Origin: a virus
Lineage: Duplodnaviria > Caudoviricetes
IMG/VR virus record: IMGVR_UViG_3300032893_000044
Coordinates: 1 to 61,743 of that record
Strand: one strand, 5' to 3'
Length of the DNA stretch: 61,743 bases
A program made the translations under genes and the position numbers. Under the pieces are notes generated by a model. It saw only the letters and a list, made by a program, of their open reading frames with translations, did not search any database and was not told the origin of the DNA. Of this stretch, positions 18,290-27,019 are shown piece by piece; the first letter of the stretch is position 1; each line of letters opens with the position of its first letter.

Positions 18290-18883
18290 ATGATGGAACA
18301 GCAACAAAAACCTTCTCGCAAAGTGCGGATGTCTGTTGGTCTTTTTGAAAAAGGACTAACCATTTTAAATGTTTTAAAACAAACTTATCCTAAATGTTTT
18401 TTTGAACCCGGTAAAGAAAAGCCTTTAAAAAAAGGTATTTTGTTAGATTTATTGCAAGCATCGGGTTTATCCTTTGAATCTCCTTCCTATCAAGCGATTA
18501 CAGCGGCAATTAATATTTACACAAGCACATTGAGTTACCGGGTAGGTTTAATTCGAGAAGACGCAGTACGCATTGATTTAGAAGGCAATGAAGTTGAGCC
18601 GATTAATTTACGGGAAAGAACTCAGGCAAAAATAGAAAAAATGAATTTTGAATGGAAGTTGAGCATGGCAGAAGCGGTGATGGCAAAAGATATTCGTAAA
18701 CAAGCCGGTTTTCATTATGCGCGCGATCGAAAAAGAAAAGAAGCTAAAAAGGCAACTATGTCCACGGTTGAAATGGCAGATAAAAGTGATGTGATAAACA
18801 CTGAAGCTGTATCAGCTTTGCCTGTCAAAAAGGAAACAATGCCTAAAATTGTTTTTAAAAAGAGGTTAAGCCAAGGGGTTTAA
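18290..18883 (+). CDS. ProQ/FinO-domain RNA chaperone
   Basis: L...YPKCF..KPLKKGI..DL..AI..YT....Y..GL...AVRIDLEG..V signature; basic C-terminal extension. Confidence 0.9.
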   Translation: MMEQQQKPSRKVRMSVGLFEKGLTILNVLKQTYPKCFFEPGKEKPLKKGILLDLLQASGLSFESPSYQAITAAINIYTSTLSYRVGLIREDAVRIDLEGNEVEPINLRERTQAKIEKMNFEWKLSMAEAVMAKDIRKQAGFHYARDRKRKEAKKATMSTVEMADKSDVINTEAVSALPVKKETMPKIVFKKRLSQGV

Positions 18884-18886
18884 AAG

Positions 18887-19327
18887 TTATGGTAATGTTA
18901 ATAAGATTTTCAGGAGTTCTTTTAAATCATTAAACTTGCTAAACAAAGTTAAATTTAAACGAGCATCCTCATCTATGGTGCTGTATAAAAATTTGTCATA
19001 TATCGATGTTAATGATGAGAAGCCATAACTCACATTTTTTATTCCTCCGTGCATGACATTTGCATAGCCAGTTGCTGATGATGAGAATCCATGACTAAAT
19101 CTCATAGACCTTCGAAAAGTAATGCGTTGACTGGTCATTCTTAAACTTAAAAACAACGCTTTTAAGACGCACCCTAAAAAATGCTTTGGATATCTTTTAG
19201 CATGTTGTAAATAAACTTTAAGCTGCACCTCAAACTCAACGACAGAGCTTTTTCTTTGATAAAGCCGCCAGATATCTTCAATGAAGACTTGTTGTTCAGA
19301 GGTAAACCAATCTACTTTTATATTCAT
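18887..19327 (-). CDS. Hypothetical protein
   Basis: 146 aa ORF. Confidence 0.5.
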   Translation of the reverse strand: MNIKVDWFTSEQQVFIEDIWRLYQRKSSVVEFEVQLKVYLQHAKRYPKHFLGCVLKALFLSLRMTSQRITFRRSMRFSHGFSSSATGYANVMHGGIKNVSYGFSSLTSIYDKFLYSTIDEDARLNLTLFSKFNDLKELLKILLTLP

Positions 19328-19332
19328 AAAAA

Positions 19333-19704
19333 TCAGTCAAAGAATATTTTTTTGGCTATGCTTTTGCAAGAATAATCTCGTAAAGCAGCGTAAAAGAGCG
19401 TTTGCAAGATCTCTTTTTTAACGGCAACACTGAAATATTCAACAGCCGAATGATCAAACATCATCGGGTCTTTGTTGATAAAGCGATACGCTATTTTTTG
19501 ACTTTCATTCCAAAGATTATAAAAAACAGGAGCGCCTTCTTTGATAGGCTCTAATAATACCGCCGCGTGGCCTAACCCCCATTCTGATTGATAAGCTTTT
19601 TCTTTTTTTTTCGTTCCTACAATAGGCTCTGTTAGCCAGCCCATAGCTATCTCTCGACCGATGAAAGCCAATCTGAATCCGGCTTTAAAAGCGGTTCTTC
19701 GCAA
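19333..19704 (-). CDS. Hypothetical protein (start may be MGWL at ~19644)
   Basis: ORF in leftward unit. Confidence 0.45.
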   Translation of the reverse strand: MRRTAFKAGFRLAFIGREIAMGWLTEPIVGTKKKEKAYQSEWGLGHAAVLLEPIKEGAPVFYNLWNESQKIAYRFINKDPMMFDHSAVEYFSVAVKKEILQTLFYAALRDYSCKSIAKKIFFD

Positions 19705-19801
19705 AGATAAGTCAATATTAAGTCTGGCTTTTGCTTAGTATAGTCTTTAACCATCTCTTTTAAAATTTTGACCTCAATGGGGCTTAAATCAAAATCTTCA
19801 T

Positions 19802-20011
19802 TCATGCTTCACCTCTTTCTTTTAGGGGCAACTCTGGCGCAGTATCACTTAAAACAACCGTTTCTTGCTTCCCCGTATTATCTTCATAAATAAAAGTTAA
19901 TGTCCAGCGGATAGGCGTTACCCGCTGACGAGCTTCTACGCAACATTGATGAATAGCTTGTTTAACCCGAATCAATAACCCATGATTTAGCCCGAACAGT
20001 CTTTCAATCAT
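19802..20011 (-). CDS. Hypothetical protein
   Basis: GAGG RBS; TTGACA at 20077-72 upstream. Confidence 0.5.
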   Translation of the reverse strand: MIERLFGLNHGLLIRVKQAIHQCCVEARQRVTPIRWTLTFIYEDNTGKQETVVLSDTAPELPLKERGEA

Positions 20012-20121
20012 TTTAACCTCGCTTTACCCAATCCTTTACCGCGCTTTACTTATAGAAGATAAGAATCCTACTGTCAAGTTATTTTTGTTGCATTTTTCTT
20101 AAACCTTCTTTAGAATAAGGC

Positions 20122-20168
20122 CAAATGTTTCTATTGGTCATAATTTAGCCCCTTCGGGGGCTTTACTT
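20122..20168 (+). ncRNA. Putative sRNA unit 7
   Basis: TTGCAT(20088)-17-TAGAAT; AGCCCC-TTCG-GGGGCT-TTACTT. Confidence 0.65.
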
Positions 20169-20195
20169 CTGATTTACCCCTTGTTACTATACGTT

Positions 20196-20246
20196 TCGAT
20201 GTCGATGATATTTCTTATTTTTAGCCCCTTCGGGGGCTTTAATTTT
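20196..20246 (+). ncRNA. Putative sRNA unit 8
   Basis: TTTACT(20162)-17-TACTAT with extended TG; AGCCCC-TTCG-GGGGCT-TTAATTTT. Confidence 0.6.
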
Positions 20247-20296
20247 CTTCTCCTCTGTTAAAACGAAAAAGATAGCCTCGTTAGAGGCTTAACTTT
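20245..20296 (+). ncRNA. Putative sRNA unit 9 (no separate promoter seen)
   Basis: Anti-SD-like TCTCCTC segment; AGCCTC-GTTA-GAGGCT-TAACTTT. Confidence 0.55.
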
Positions 20297-20297
20297 C

Positions 20298-20326
20298 TTG
20301 ACCGAATTTTAATTTACCCCTATCCT
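20298..20326 (+). promoter_or_regulatory. Sigma70-type promoter upstream of terminase small subunit
   Basis: TTGACC-17-TATCCT. Confidence 0.5.
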
Positions 20327-20374
20327 TTCTAAGATGCCTAAATTATTAGGTATTTAGTTATTAACTAACTAAGG

Positions 20375-20926
20375 GTGACAATGGCCGCTCCGACAGGGAA
20401 CAAGTTTGGATTGCGATTTTCGAAGGGATTCGATCCACGAAGGAGTGGCCGTAAGCCTTGGAATCCTGATTTCAAAATCAAGTATGACAAAGAAGAACCT
20501 CAGCTTTTAGATAGGCTCTTTGATATTGCTCGTTTTGACCCCAATCCCGGGGTAGCTTTGAATGCGATTATTTACCTCATGAGTATGCGCTATGGCCGTC
20601 CGGTGGACATGGTCCAAATGAAGCAGCTGAATGAGGAATTTGAGCGTCGAGAAGCGGAAGAAAACGCCATTACCTTTACGCAAGAACACGCCCTTTTAGC
20701 CGCGGACGTGATTAAGAATCAAGGGGTGGAAGCTGACATTTTAAAACTCATGCGCACCCTTTATAGCTCGGGCATTTTAGGCTCTCTTTATAGTCAATTT
20801 GAAGCAGAAGCCCAACAAAGTGAACCTCTCTTAATTTCTGCTGCTGAATCCATTGACAATGACGCTTGCCAAGGATACAGTGAGGCAAGCAAACAAGGAG
20901 AAGGAGAGCAGGACAATGATTGCTAA
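20375..20926 (+). CDS. Putative terminase small subunit (DUF5681-like N-terminus)
   Basis: AAP.GNKFG.RFSKG.DPRRSGRKP; YL..MRYGRP. Confidence 0.55.
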   Translation: MTMAAPTGNKFGLRFSKGFDPRRSGRKPWNPDFKIKYDKEEPQLLDRLFDIARFDPNPGVALNAIIYLMSMRYGRPVDMVQMKQLNEEFERREAEENAITFTQEHALLAADVIKNQGVEADILKLMRTLYSSGILGSLYSQFEAEAQQSEPLLISAAESIDNDACQGYSEASKQGEGEQDNDC

Positions 20927-21089
20927 AGCCATAGAACCCATTCTACAAGTTTCCTCTGATATTCTAGATTTACTCTGGCCGGAAGGTAAAACGGCTGTTT
21001 ATGACTTCAATGAACAGCGAGTTTATGTTTTTGACCCTGAGCTTAATCATTGGCGTATCCCCAATGAAATGGATTTACCTGATTACTAG
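20916..21089 (+). CDS. Hypothetical protein
   Basis: Short ORF with AGGA RBS. Confidence 0.45.
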   Translation: MIAKAIEPILQVSSDILDLLWPEGKTAVYDFNEQRVYVFDPELNHWRIPNEMDLPDY

Positions 21090-21098
21090 GAGATAACA

Positions 21099-21362
21099 AT
21101 GCCAATGTTTGATTTTGAATGTGTTAAATGTAACACGCAACAAATAAATCAATGGTTAAAACTTTCTCATACGACCGAAGATTATCCCGTTTGTGAAAGT
21201 TGCGGGGACAAAATGAGTAAATTATATATTTCAGCCCCTGCCTTTAAAGGGGCTGATTTTATCAGTTCCAAGTTTAAACCCTCTAGCGCACCCGCGGGTG
21301 TTTCGGAACGTATCCATAAATTGCGCCAAAAGTCTGAGCTAGGCCCGGGGGTACAACCATGA
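21099..21362 (+). CDS. FmdB-family zinc-ribbon protein
   Basis: MPMFDFECVKC..CESCG..MSKL.SAP.FKG. Confidence 0.85.
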   Translation: MPMFDFECVKCNTQQINQWLKLSHTTEDYPVCESCGDKMSKLYISAPAFKGADFISSKFKPSSAPAGVSERIHKLRQKSELGPGVQP

Positions 21363-21547
21363 AAATTCTAGCCTGTTTTGTCATGAGCTGCTTTTTGACT
21401 ATCATGATGGTCATCACTCAAACGATAAGCCGTTTTATTTGCGAATATTTAGTTGCTAACACTACTTATCAGCCAACCATGTTTTTTAAAACAGGATTGT
21501 TAGTTGTTCTCTATACTTTGCCCTTATTTTTTATCTTATTAGGCTAA
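21359..21547 (+). CDS. Small membrane protein
   Basis: Two hydrophobic segments. Confidence 0.5.
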   Translation: MKILACFVMSCFLTIMMVITQTISRFICEYLVANTTYQPTMFFKTGLLVVLYTLPLFFILLG

Positions 21548-21551
21548 TGGC

Positions 21552-22403
21552 ATGAGAAAGTTTTTTTCTTTTTTAAAAGCGTTATGGGACCGCTGGGTTA
21601 AAAAACCTCAATGTCGTGCCCTGTTAGAGACCAAAACCGAGCGGTCCCCCTCTTATGCTGTAAAGGATAGCACTGAAACAATCCCGTTACAAGAATTTTT
21701 ACCTCAAATGCTGGATTTCTTAAAAGAGGAAAGTAAAGATAATTTAAATTGGCTGACTAAAATTGAAACAGGCCAGCATGAATTAAATTTTGCTTATTAT
21801 TATTTGTTGGATGCCTTTAAAGCCTTGTCAAGAAAATATCGCGTTTTTTCAATTACAAAAGAGCATGAAATTCACGGTATTTATTTTGTTCACTCTGTTT
21901 CTCGTTTAGACAGTATCTTCAATGCTGCGCGACCTATTTTTGGGCAATTGGATGTGCAATTTTTGAAGGAAAATAATGAGCTTTATTTGCAAGATCGCAT
22001 TGCGCCTGCAATACAGTTTCGGCATCCTTGTATTTATAAAAAAGATGCTGACGCGGTCATGCAATTAATCAAAGATTGGCATCAAGTATATGCCTTAAGC
22101 GCACCGGACGCTACTACGCAAGAACGCATTGAGAGGGTTGTAGATGTCGGGGTTGCAAAAAATATCATTACAATAACAGAGCCTGGTACATCTATCTTCA
22201 ATTTGCAAAGAACTAAATTATTAGAACCTCGTATTTATTATCGGACGCATATTTTTAACCATGTTCAGTCAACGCTCAACCCTATTCACGCATGGCATGC
22301 AACGTTTTGTGAGCTCACTCCTTTTGACGATGTGCGCACCTTGCATTTACCTGAAATAGAGGCCCTAGTTTTTTTAGAAAAGAGAGTACCTTTCAATGGA
22401 TAA
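21552..22403 (+). CDS. Hypothetical protein
   Basis: 283 aa ORF. Confidence 0.55.
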   Translation: MRKFFSFLKALWDRWVKKPQCRALLETKTERSPSYAVKDSTETIPLQEFLPQMLDFLKEESKDNLNWLTKIETGQHELNFAYYYLLDAFKALSRKYRVFSITKEHEIHGIYFVHSVSRLDSIFNAARPIFGQLDVQFLKENNELYLQDRIAPAIQFRHPCIYKKDADAVMQLIKDWHQVYALSAPDATTQERIERVVDVGVAKNIITITEPGTSIFNLQRTKLLEPRIYYRTHIFNHVQSTLNPIHAWHATFCELTPFDDVRTLHLPEIEALVFLEKRVPFNG

Positions 22404-22526
22404 TTTTTTAAAACGCTTAAATTTAGCACCCGGTGAACTTTTCCCCATTGTCCTGTCTTGCGTCTTTGTCATTGCCGGCATTGTGGGGTTCACCTTGTTA
22501 GCTATGAAATTAGCTTACTCATAAAT

Positions 22527-22549
22527 ATCTCTTTACTTTGTAAAGAGAT
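22527..22549. promoter_or_regulatory. Palindromic operator overlapping a TTTACT-17-TAGAGT promoter
   Basis: ATCTCTTTAC-TTT-GTAAAGAGAT, 10-bp arms. Confidence 0.6.
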
Positions 22550-22589
22550 TGTTATAGAGTAGGTATTAACATTAGTAAGGGAGGATCAC

Positions 22590-22781
22590 ATGAACATATT
22601 TCGCTATTCTCGGGAAGACTTGGAACAAAAGAAGCAGCGGTTTGTGGAAGAAATTTTAAGGTTAGAGCAGGAAGCCGCATTTGAAAGCCCCGCTGTCCGT
22701 CAGCAAATGCAGCAAGAGATACGACGGCATCAAACTTCTGTGGTCTTTTTAGAAGAAGACCTGTACGAAATGAGTGTTTAA
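22590..22781 (+). CDS. Hypothetical coiled-coil protein
   Basis: GGAGG RBS. Confidence 0.55.
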   Translation: MNIFRYSREDLEQKKQRFVEEILRLEQEAAFESPAVRQQMQQEIRRHQTSVVFLEEDLYEMSV

Positions 22782-22791
22782 GGAGAAAGCC

Positions 22792-23034
22792 ATGTTTAAA
22801 AAGCCAGAGACAGAAAATGATACGATACTAGCATTAAGTGAAGAAGAAAGGAATTTGATTTGTTGCGCATTAGATGTTTTACAAAGCCAAGTCAGAGAAA
22901 TTTCAAATAAGTATGAAAAATCCAACCAATATTTACAATTACATCGTCGATATAACGAAATCGCAACGCTTGCGGATAAAGTGTCCGCTAGGAAAATTAG
23001 CAAAGAAGGAGAAGAAAATGCGAACCCTTTTTAG
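22792..23034 (+). CDS. Hypothetical protein
   Basis: AAGGAG RBS. Confidence 0.55.
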   Translation: MFKKPETENDTILALSEEERNLICCALDVLQSQVREISNKYEKSNQYLQLHRRYNEIATLADKVSARKISKEGEENANPF

Positions 23035-23320
23035 TTTAATGCTGGCGGTCGTCTTTTTAGTAGGCTGCCATAAAAAAACAGAAATGGGGCTTACTAATCC
23101 GGATTTGTCCTCTTCTTTGGCTGCGCCAAAATCAGTTGATGAAAAGCTAAAGCCGGTTAACCAACGGCATCGACCGCCTACGCTTGAGGAGTATTTGGAA
23201 GATTTTGCTGAGATTCCCGTTGAAAACGATGAAGCTAAAGAATCGCATGCGGAAGAAATAGACGAAGAAATTGACTATGTTAAAGTAAGGCGGATGGTAG
23301 ATGAAAGAATGCAAAGATAG
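23018..23320 (+). CDS. Putative lipoprotein
   Basis: Signal MRTLFSLMLAVVFLVGC with lipobox. Confidence 0.6.
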   Translation: MRTLFSLMLAVVFLVGCHKKTEMGLTNPDLSSSLAAPKSVDEKLKPVNQRHRPPTLEEYLEDFAEIPVENDEAKESHAEEIDEEIDYVKVRRMVDERMQR

Positions 23321-23534
23321 TATCGCAAAAGGCTTATTTATAGCGTCTGCGATTTTATTTATGGGGACCATTTGCTTGATTAGTTTATGGAAAGGGGGAT
23401 TTTTAAATGGCTAAGGCGATTATAGCAAGTTTTTTAATCATGTTAGTTGCTTTGGTTGCATTTCTCATTTCTAGCGGCATTTTAGGCACCATTTGGTGCG
23501 TTAAACAGATTATTCAATTGGTGACGGGGGCAGC

Positions 23535-23906
23535 ATGAATAAAAAATTAGAGGGTATTGTAGATTTCATCAATATTTTATGCTGGATATCGGCTATCTGT
23601 CTTATTATTTTTTCTATCATTGGCATCTGGAACGCCTTAGAAAAGTCGGACAAGAGAGGGAAAATCCAAGAAAGTGCCCATGCGTTTTATGCTTCTCCCA
23701 TGATAGAGCAGCCAGACCACTTTGCTGTGTCGGTATTTCATCCCCATACTAATGGATGGCTAATCCCTTTCATGATAAATCAGGCACGCATTGCTAACAA
23801 AAAGAAAGTTGAAGTGCCTGCAAAAACTCAACCGCTTGTCCAAGATGAATGGCGTACCGAAGAAACGTGTACGTTTGATACCGAGGGCAAAACATGCGAG
23901 ATATGA
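23535..23906 (+). CDS. Membrane-anchored hypothetical protein
   Basis: N-terminal TM helix. Confidence 0.5.
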   Translation: MNKKLEGIVDFINILCWISAICLIIFSIIGIWNALEKSDKRGKIQESAHAFYASPMIEQPDHFAVSVFHPHTNGWLIPFMINQARIANKKKVEVPAKTQPLVQDEWRTEETCTFDTEGKTCEI

Positions 23907-23950
23907 TAATAAAATTCATAATGTTTTCCATTTGATTAAAGGAGTGTTAA

Positions 23951-24943
23951 GTGATTATGTATTTATTTTTATTTATTGCAATTTTAGCGCCGGCGGCGTT
24001 TTTCCTTTGGCATCAATTTAAACATGATAGATGCTGTACTGAATTGGGATGGTTTATAAACGGGGGTATAGCTGCTGTCTATGTTGTACTGATGATGATT
24101 CTTACCTCCCAATGTATTGTGCAAATTAAGCCGGGAGAGGTTGGGGTGGTCGTGGACATGTTGGGGTCACAAAAAGGGGTAGAAGATGAAGAACTCACGG
24201 TGGGTTTCCATTTTCTGTTACCGTGGAAAGATGTCTATCATTTTCCGATTTATGAGCAAAATCATCAGTGGATTGATGCAGATGGCTTTAATTTCCAAAC
24301 CATTGAAGGGTTATCTGTACATGCTGATTTAGGGATCACCTATCACTTATCTCCGGACAAGGTACACGAGCTTTTTTGGCGTTATCGCCGGGGGATGGAA
24401 GAAATCACCCATCTTTTTGTGCGTAACAATATCCGAGATGCCATCAATCGGGTCTCTTCCCGGATGAAAATTGAAGAACTTTACGGTGATAAAAAGGAAG
24501 AATTTTTTACGACCGTTCAGCGTCAAGTTCAAGGAGAGCTAGAAAGCCTTGGGTTTAAAATTTCTCATCTCTACATTATCGGGCAATTTAAGGTCCCTCC
24601 CATGGTCATGGAGGCTTTAAACCGCAAGATTGAGGCAACCCAAAAAGCCCAGCAACGCGAAAATGAACTCCGAGAGGCCGAAGCCGAAGCTAGAAAAGAA
24701 ATCGCTAAGGCGGAAGGAGAAGCAAAATCTCGCTTACTCAAAGCCAAAGCTGAAGCCGATGCGATCTATGTTCAAGCCGAAGCTAAAGCTAAAGCCAACC
24801 AGCTTTTAACCAAGTCCCTCAGCGATGAACTCATCATGTGGGATATGGTAAACCGTTGGGATGGAGTGATGCCTAAAATTACGGGGGACAAAGGCATGAT
24901 TATACAATTACCTATGTTAGGGGCAGAACATGGCAAAAATTAA
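23951..24943 (+). CDS. SPFH/band 7/prohibitin-domain membrane protein
   Basis: IKPGEVGVVV, FQT.EGL, AQQRENELREAEAEARK..AKA.G.A, WDG.MP. Confidence 0.9.
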   Translation: MIMYLFLFIAILAPAAFFLWHQFKHDRCCTELGWFINGGIAAVYVVLMMILTSQCIVQIKPGEVGVVVDMLGSQKGVEDEELTVGFHFLLPWKDVYHFPIYEQNHQWIDADGFNFQTIEGLSVHADLGITYHLSPDKVHELFWRYRRGMEEITHLFVRNNIRDAINRVSSRMKIEELYGDKKEEFFTTVQRQVQGELESLGFKISHLYIIGQFKVPPMVMEALNRKIEATQKAQQRENELREAEAEARKEIAKAEGEAKSRLLKAKAEADAIYVQAEAKAKANQLLTKSLSDELIMWDMVNRWDGVMPKITGDKGMIIQLPMLGAEHGKN

Positions 24944-25208
24944 CACAAAACAACGTATGTACTCTTTAGAATTAACCCAAAAAGAGTTAGAATACTTGCA
25001 TGACCTGGTTGAAAACGAGTGGGAAGTTTTAACTGACGAACAAACTCGAGACGAAATTGTTGAGCCTTTGTTAGAAAAGATTTTAGCGGAGGGAGAATTT
25101 AAACCTTCTCGCCACTGGGAGGAACGAAATGAAAAAGCAGACAACGACGAAGAAGAAGACGAAGACGGCTACCCGGATGACTGGGAAGAAGACGAAGAAT
25201 ACGAGTAA
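24930..25208 (+). CDS. Acidic hypothetical protein
   Basis: D/E-rich C-terminus. Confidence 0.5.
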   Translation: MAKINTKQRMYSLELTQKELEYLHDLVENEWEVLTDEQTRDEIVEPLLEKILAEGEFKPSRHWEERNEKADNDEEEDEDGYPDDWEEDEEYE

Positions 25209-25557
25209 GAAGGGGGTCAGGAATGAGTTGGGTGAAGAAATTAGACAACGATTGCTTGAAGTCATTGTCCCTCATCCTTATTATTGCGTTATTGCATCTG
25301 GTGATACTTATTTAATTGTTCTAAAGCGTCAAAATTTGCGCATAGAGGTTAGTAAGAACATGGAGTCGATGCAGCCTTATCAGACTATCAAAGATAAGAT
25401 GGTCACCAGTATTCATATCATTCGCTGGCCGGATGAGAATGGGGCAGCACAAAATTGCAAGGATGACTTGTTTATAGCCTTAGAGCGTTTTGGTTTGTAT
25501 CAAAACTACCTCTATCCAGGGGAAGATATTCCGCAATTTTTGGAGAGATTGGTATGA
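25129..25557 (+). CDS. Hypothetical protein (true start probably TTG ~25228)
   Basis: ORF in rightward operon. Confidence 0.4.
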   Translation: MKKQTTTKKKTKTATRMTGKKTKNTSKKGVRNELGEEIRQRLLEVIVPHPYYCVIASGDTYLIVLKRQNLRIEVSKNMESMQPYQTIKDKMVTSIHIIRWPDENGAAQNCKDDLFIALERFGLYQNYLYPGEDIPQFLERLV

Positions 25558-25808
25558 GGAGGGAACCGTTGCCGGGGGATATTGAAGAAACCGTTCATGA
25601 AACGGTGCTAGGAGACTTCCTGCATGTCATTAACGTCTTTCATGAAAACCAATGGCTCCGGGTCCATCACTGCCATTTACGTCCTAATACGCCTGACGGC
25701 GAGCCTGAGTGTAAGAAAGCTGGCAAGAAGGCGATAGATTTGGTGAAAGAGGGAGTTGCGAGACTAAAAGCGGAGGCGCAGGAGGGGGCTGAATGGGAAC
25801 ATTCTTAG
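25554..25808 (+). CDS. Hypothetical protein
   Basis: ATGA-coupled ORF. Confidence 0.5.
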   Translation: MRREPLPGDIEETVHETVLGDFLHVINVFHENQWLRVHHCHLRPNTPDGEPECKKAGKKAIDLVKEGVARLKAEAQEGAEWEHS

Positions 25809-25856
25809 CATTTTTAATCGGAATTTTAATTGGTTATTTTTTATTAGGAGAATAGG

Positions 25857-26480
25857 ATGTCAAACATTTTATCATTGGAAGAATTTAGAAAAGAAAGCCA
25901 TCGTATCATGAACGAAGCAGATGGGAAAATGACCAAAGAAGATGGTGTTTTTATTTTAGCCGCGATAGAAGAACTTGAAAGCGTCTTGTATAGTTTTTAT
26001 AAGAATTTACCTGAAAATCCTTCTTATGCTCTTTTGTTTAGCGGAGTGCTGCTCGCTGATATGACAGAAAGATGCATTAAACATTTTTCTAATCTGAAAG
26101 TATTAGGAGATGGCGACGGTCCAGTCATTGAGGGACAATCCTTTAAAAGTATTGTCACGAAAAAAGTCCTTGAATTAGGAGATTTCGAATCTTACGAGGC
26201 TAAAGCCAAAGTGAGGGGATGGGTAGTAGACAAGTCACCTATATTAAGTCAGCTTCCTATTGAACAGCGCGAGGCTTATATTGAAAATGGGATTGAAGGC
26301 GTGTACCCTGAGAAGCCTCAACAATCTACTCAATCCGGAATGCCCGCTGGTTTAGAAAAGTTCTTAACTGCACTTCAAGAAATGGGTGCTAAAGTTGTGA
26401 CCGCTGAACTATCCTCTGAGGATAGCCAGCAAAACAGTAGCGATGAACCTAGCAAATTACCAAAGGAGACTTTAAATTGA
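25857..26480 (+). CDS. Hypothetical protein
   Basis: AGGAG RBS, 207 aa. Confidence 0.55.
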   Translation: MSNILSLEEFRKESHRIMNEADGKMTKEDGVFILAAIEELESVLYSFYKNLPENPSYALLFSGVLLADMTERCIKHFSNLKVLGDGDGPVIEGQSFKSIVTKKVLELGDFESYEAKAKVRGWVVDKSPILSQLPIEQREAYIENGIEGVYPEKPQQSTQSGMPAGLEKFLTALQEMGAKVVTAELSSEDSQQNSSDEPSKLPKETLN

Positions 26481-27016
26481 CCACAGAACCAAAGCCAAAA
26501 ACGCCGGCAGAAATGCTGTATCAAGCAACTAAGCGGGTAAATAAGATTTTAAAATCTGCTCAATATCCTCGTTTTAAAGTAGATGTTGCCGTAGATTTAG
26601 TGCATCCTCAACAGTTTTTACACAGCTTGTGTATAGAATTTTTAGATAATATAGCAGTGGACCCGCTTTTGTTTCAAGAGCCGGCAGAAAACGAGCTCTT
26701 TGTTGCTGTGAATAATGCGCAAATGAACATGCTTTCTTTAAATTATTTGGACAGACTTGTATTGTTAAGTACTTTAGCAGATCCAGTTAATCAGTTTTTA
26801 CAAAGTGTGAGGATTATGGCAGATGATGAAGCGGTAAAAAATAATCGACTCAATCTGTTGTTAATTACCTTCACTACCTTAACGAGTGTAGCAAATATGC
26901 AGATTGCCTTTGATGGTGTTGGAGATCAGACTGACTGTAAGCCTCCACCGCCAAAATATGATTTTAACTGGTTCAGCTATATCCTGCTTTCGGCTCGTCA
27001 GGCTAAAGCTAAATAG
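26477..27016 (+). CDS. Stand-alone DALR anticodon-binding domain of glycyl-tRNA synthetase beta chain
   Basis: KRVNKIL..VDP.LFQEPAE.EL..Y...L..L..L..PV..F...V.IMADDEAVKNNRLNLL matches GlyS C-terminus. Confidence 0.8.
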   Translation: MTTEPKPKTPAEMLYQATKRVNKILKSAQYPRFKVDVAVDLVHPQQFLHSLCIEFLDNIAVDPLLFQEPAENELFVAVNNAQMNMLSLNYLDRLVLLSTLADPVNQFLQSVRIMADDEAVKNNRLNLLLITFTTLTSVANMQIAFDGVGDQTDCKPPPPKYDFNWFSYILLSARQAKAK

Positions 27017-27019
27017 CCT

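Noticed and set aside
17506-20296. Hairpins read as ordinary stacked terminators or REP elements
   Set aside because: Not excluded, but most do not follow a gene, lack a long U tract, and are paired with a dedicated upstream promoter, which fits short transcripts better
21359-23906. Small membrane and lipoprotein genes as a holin/spanin cassette
   Set aside because: No adjacent endolysin or nested spanin arrangement is visible, so they cannot be assigned
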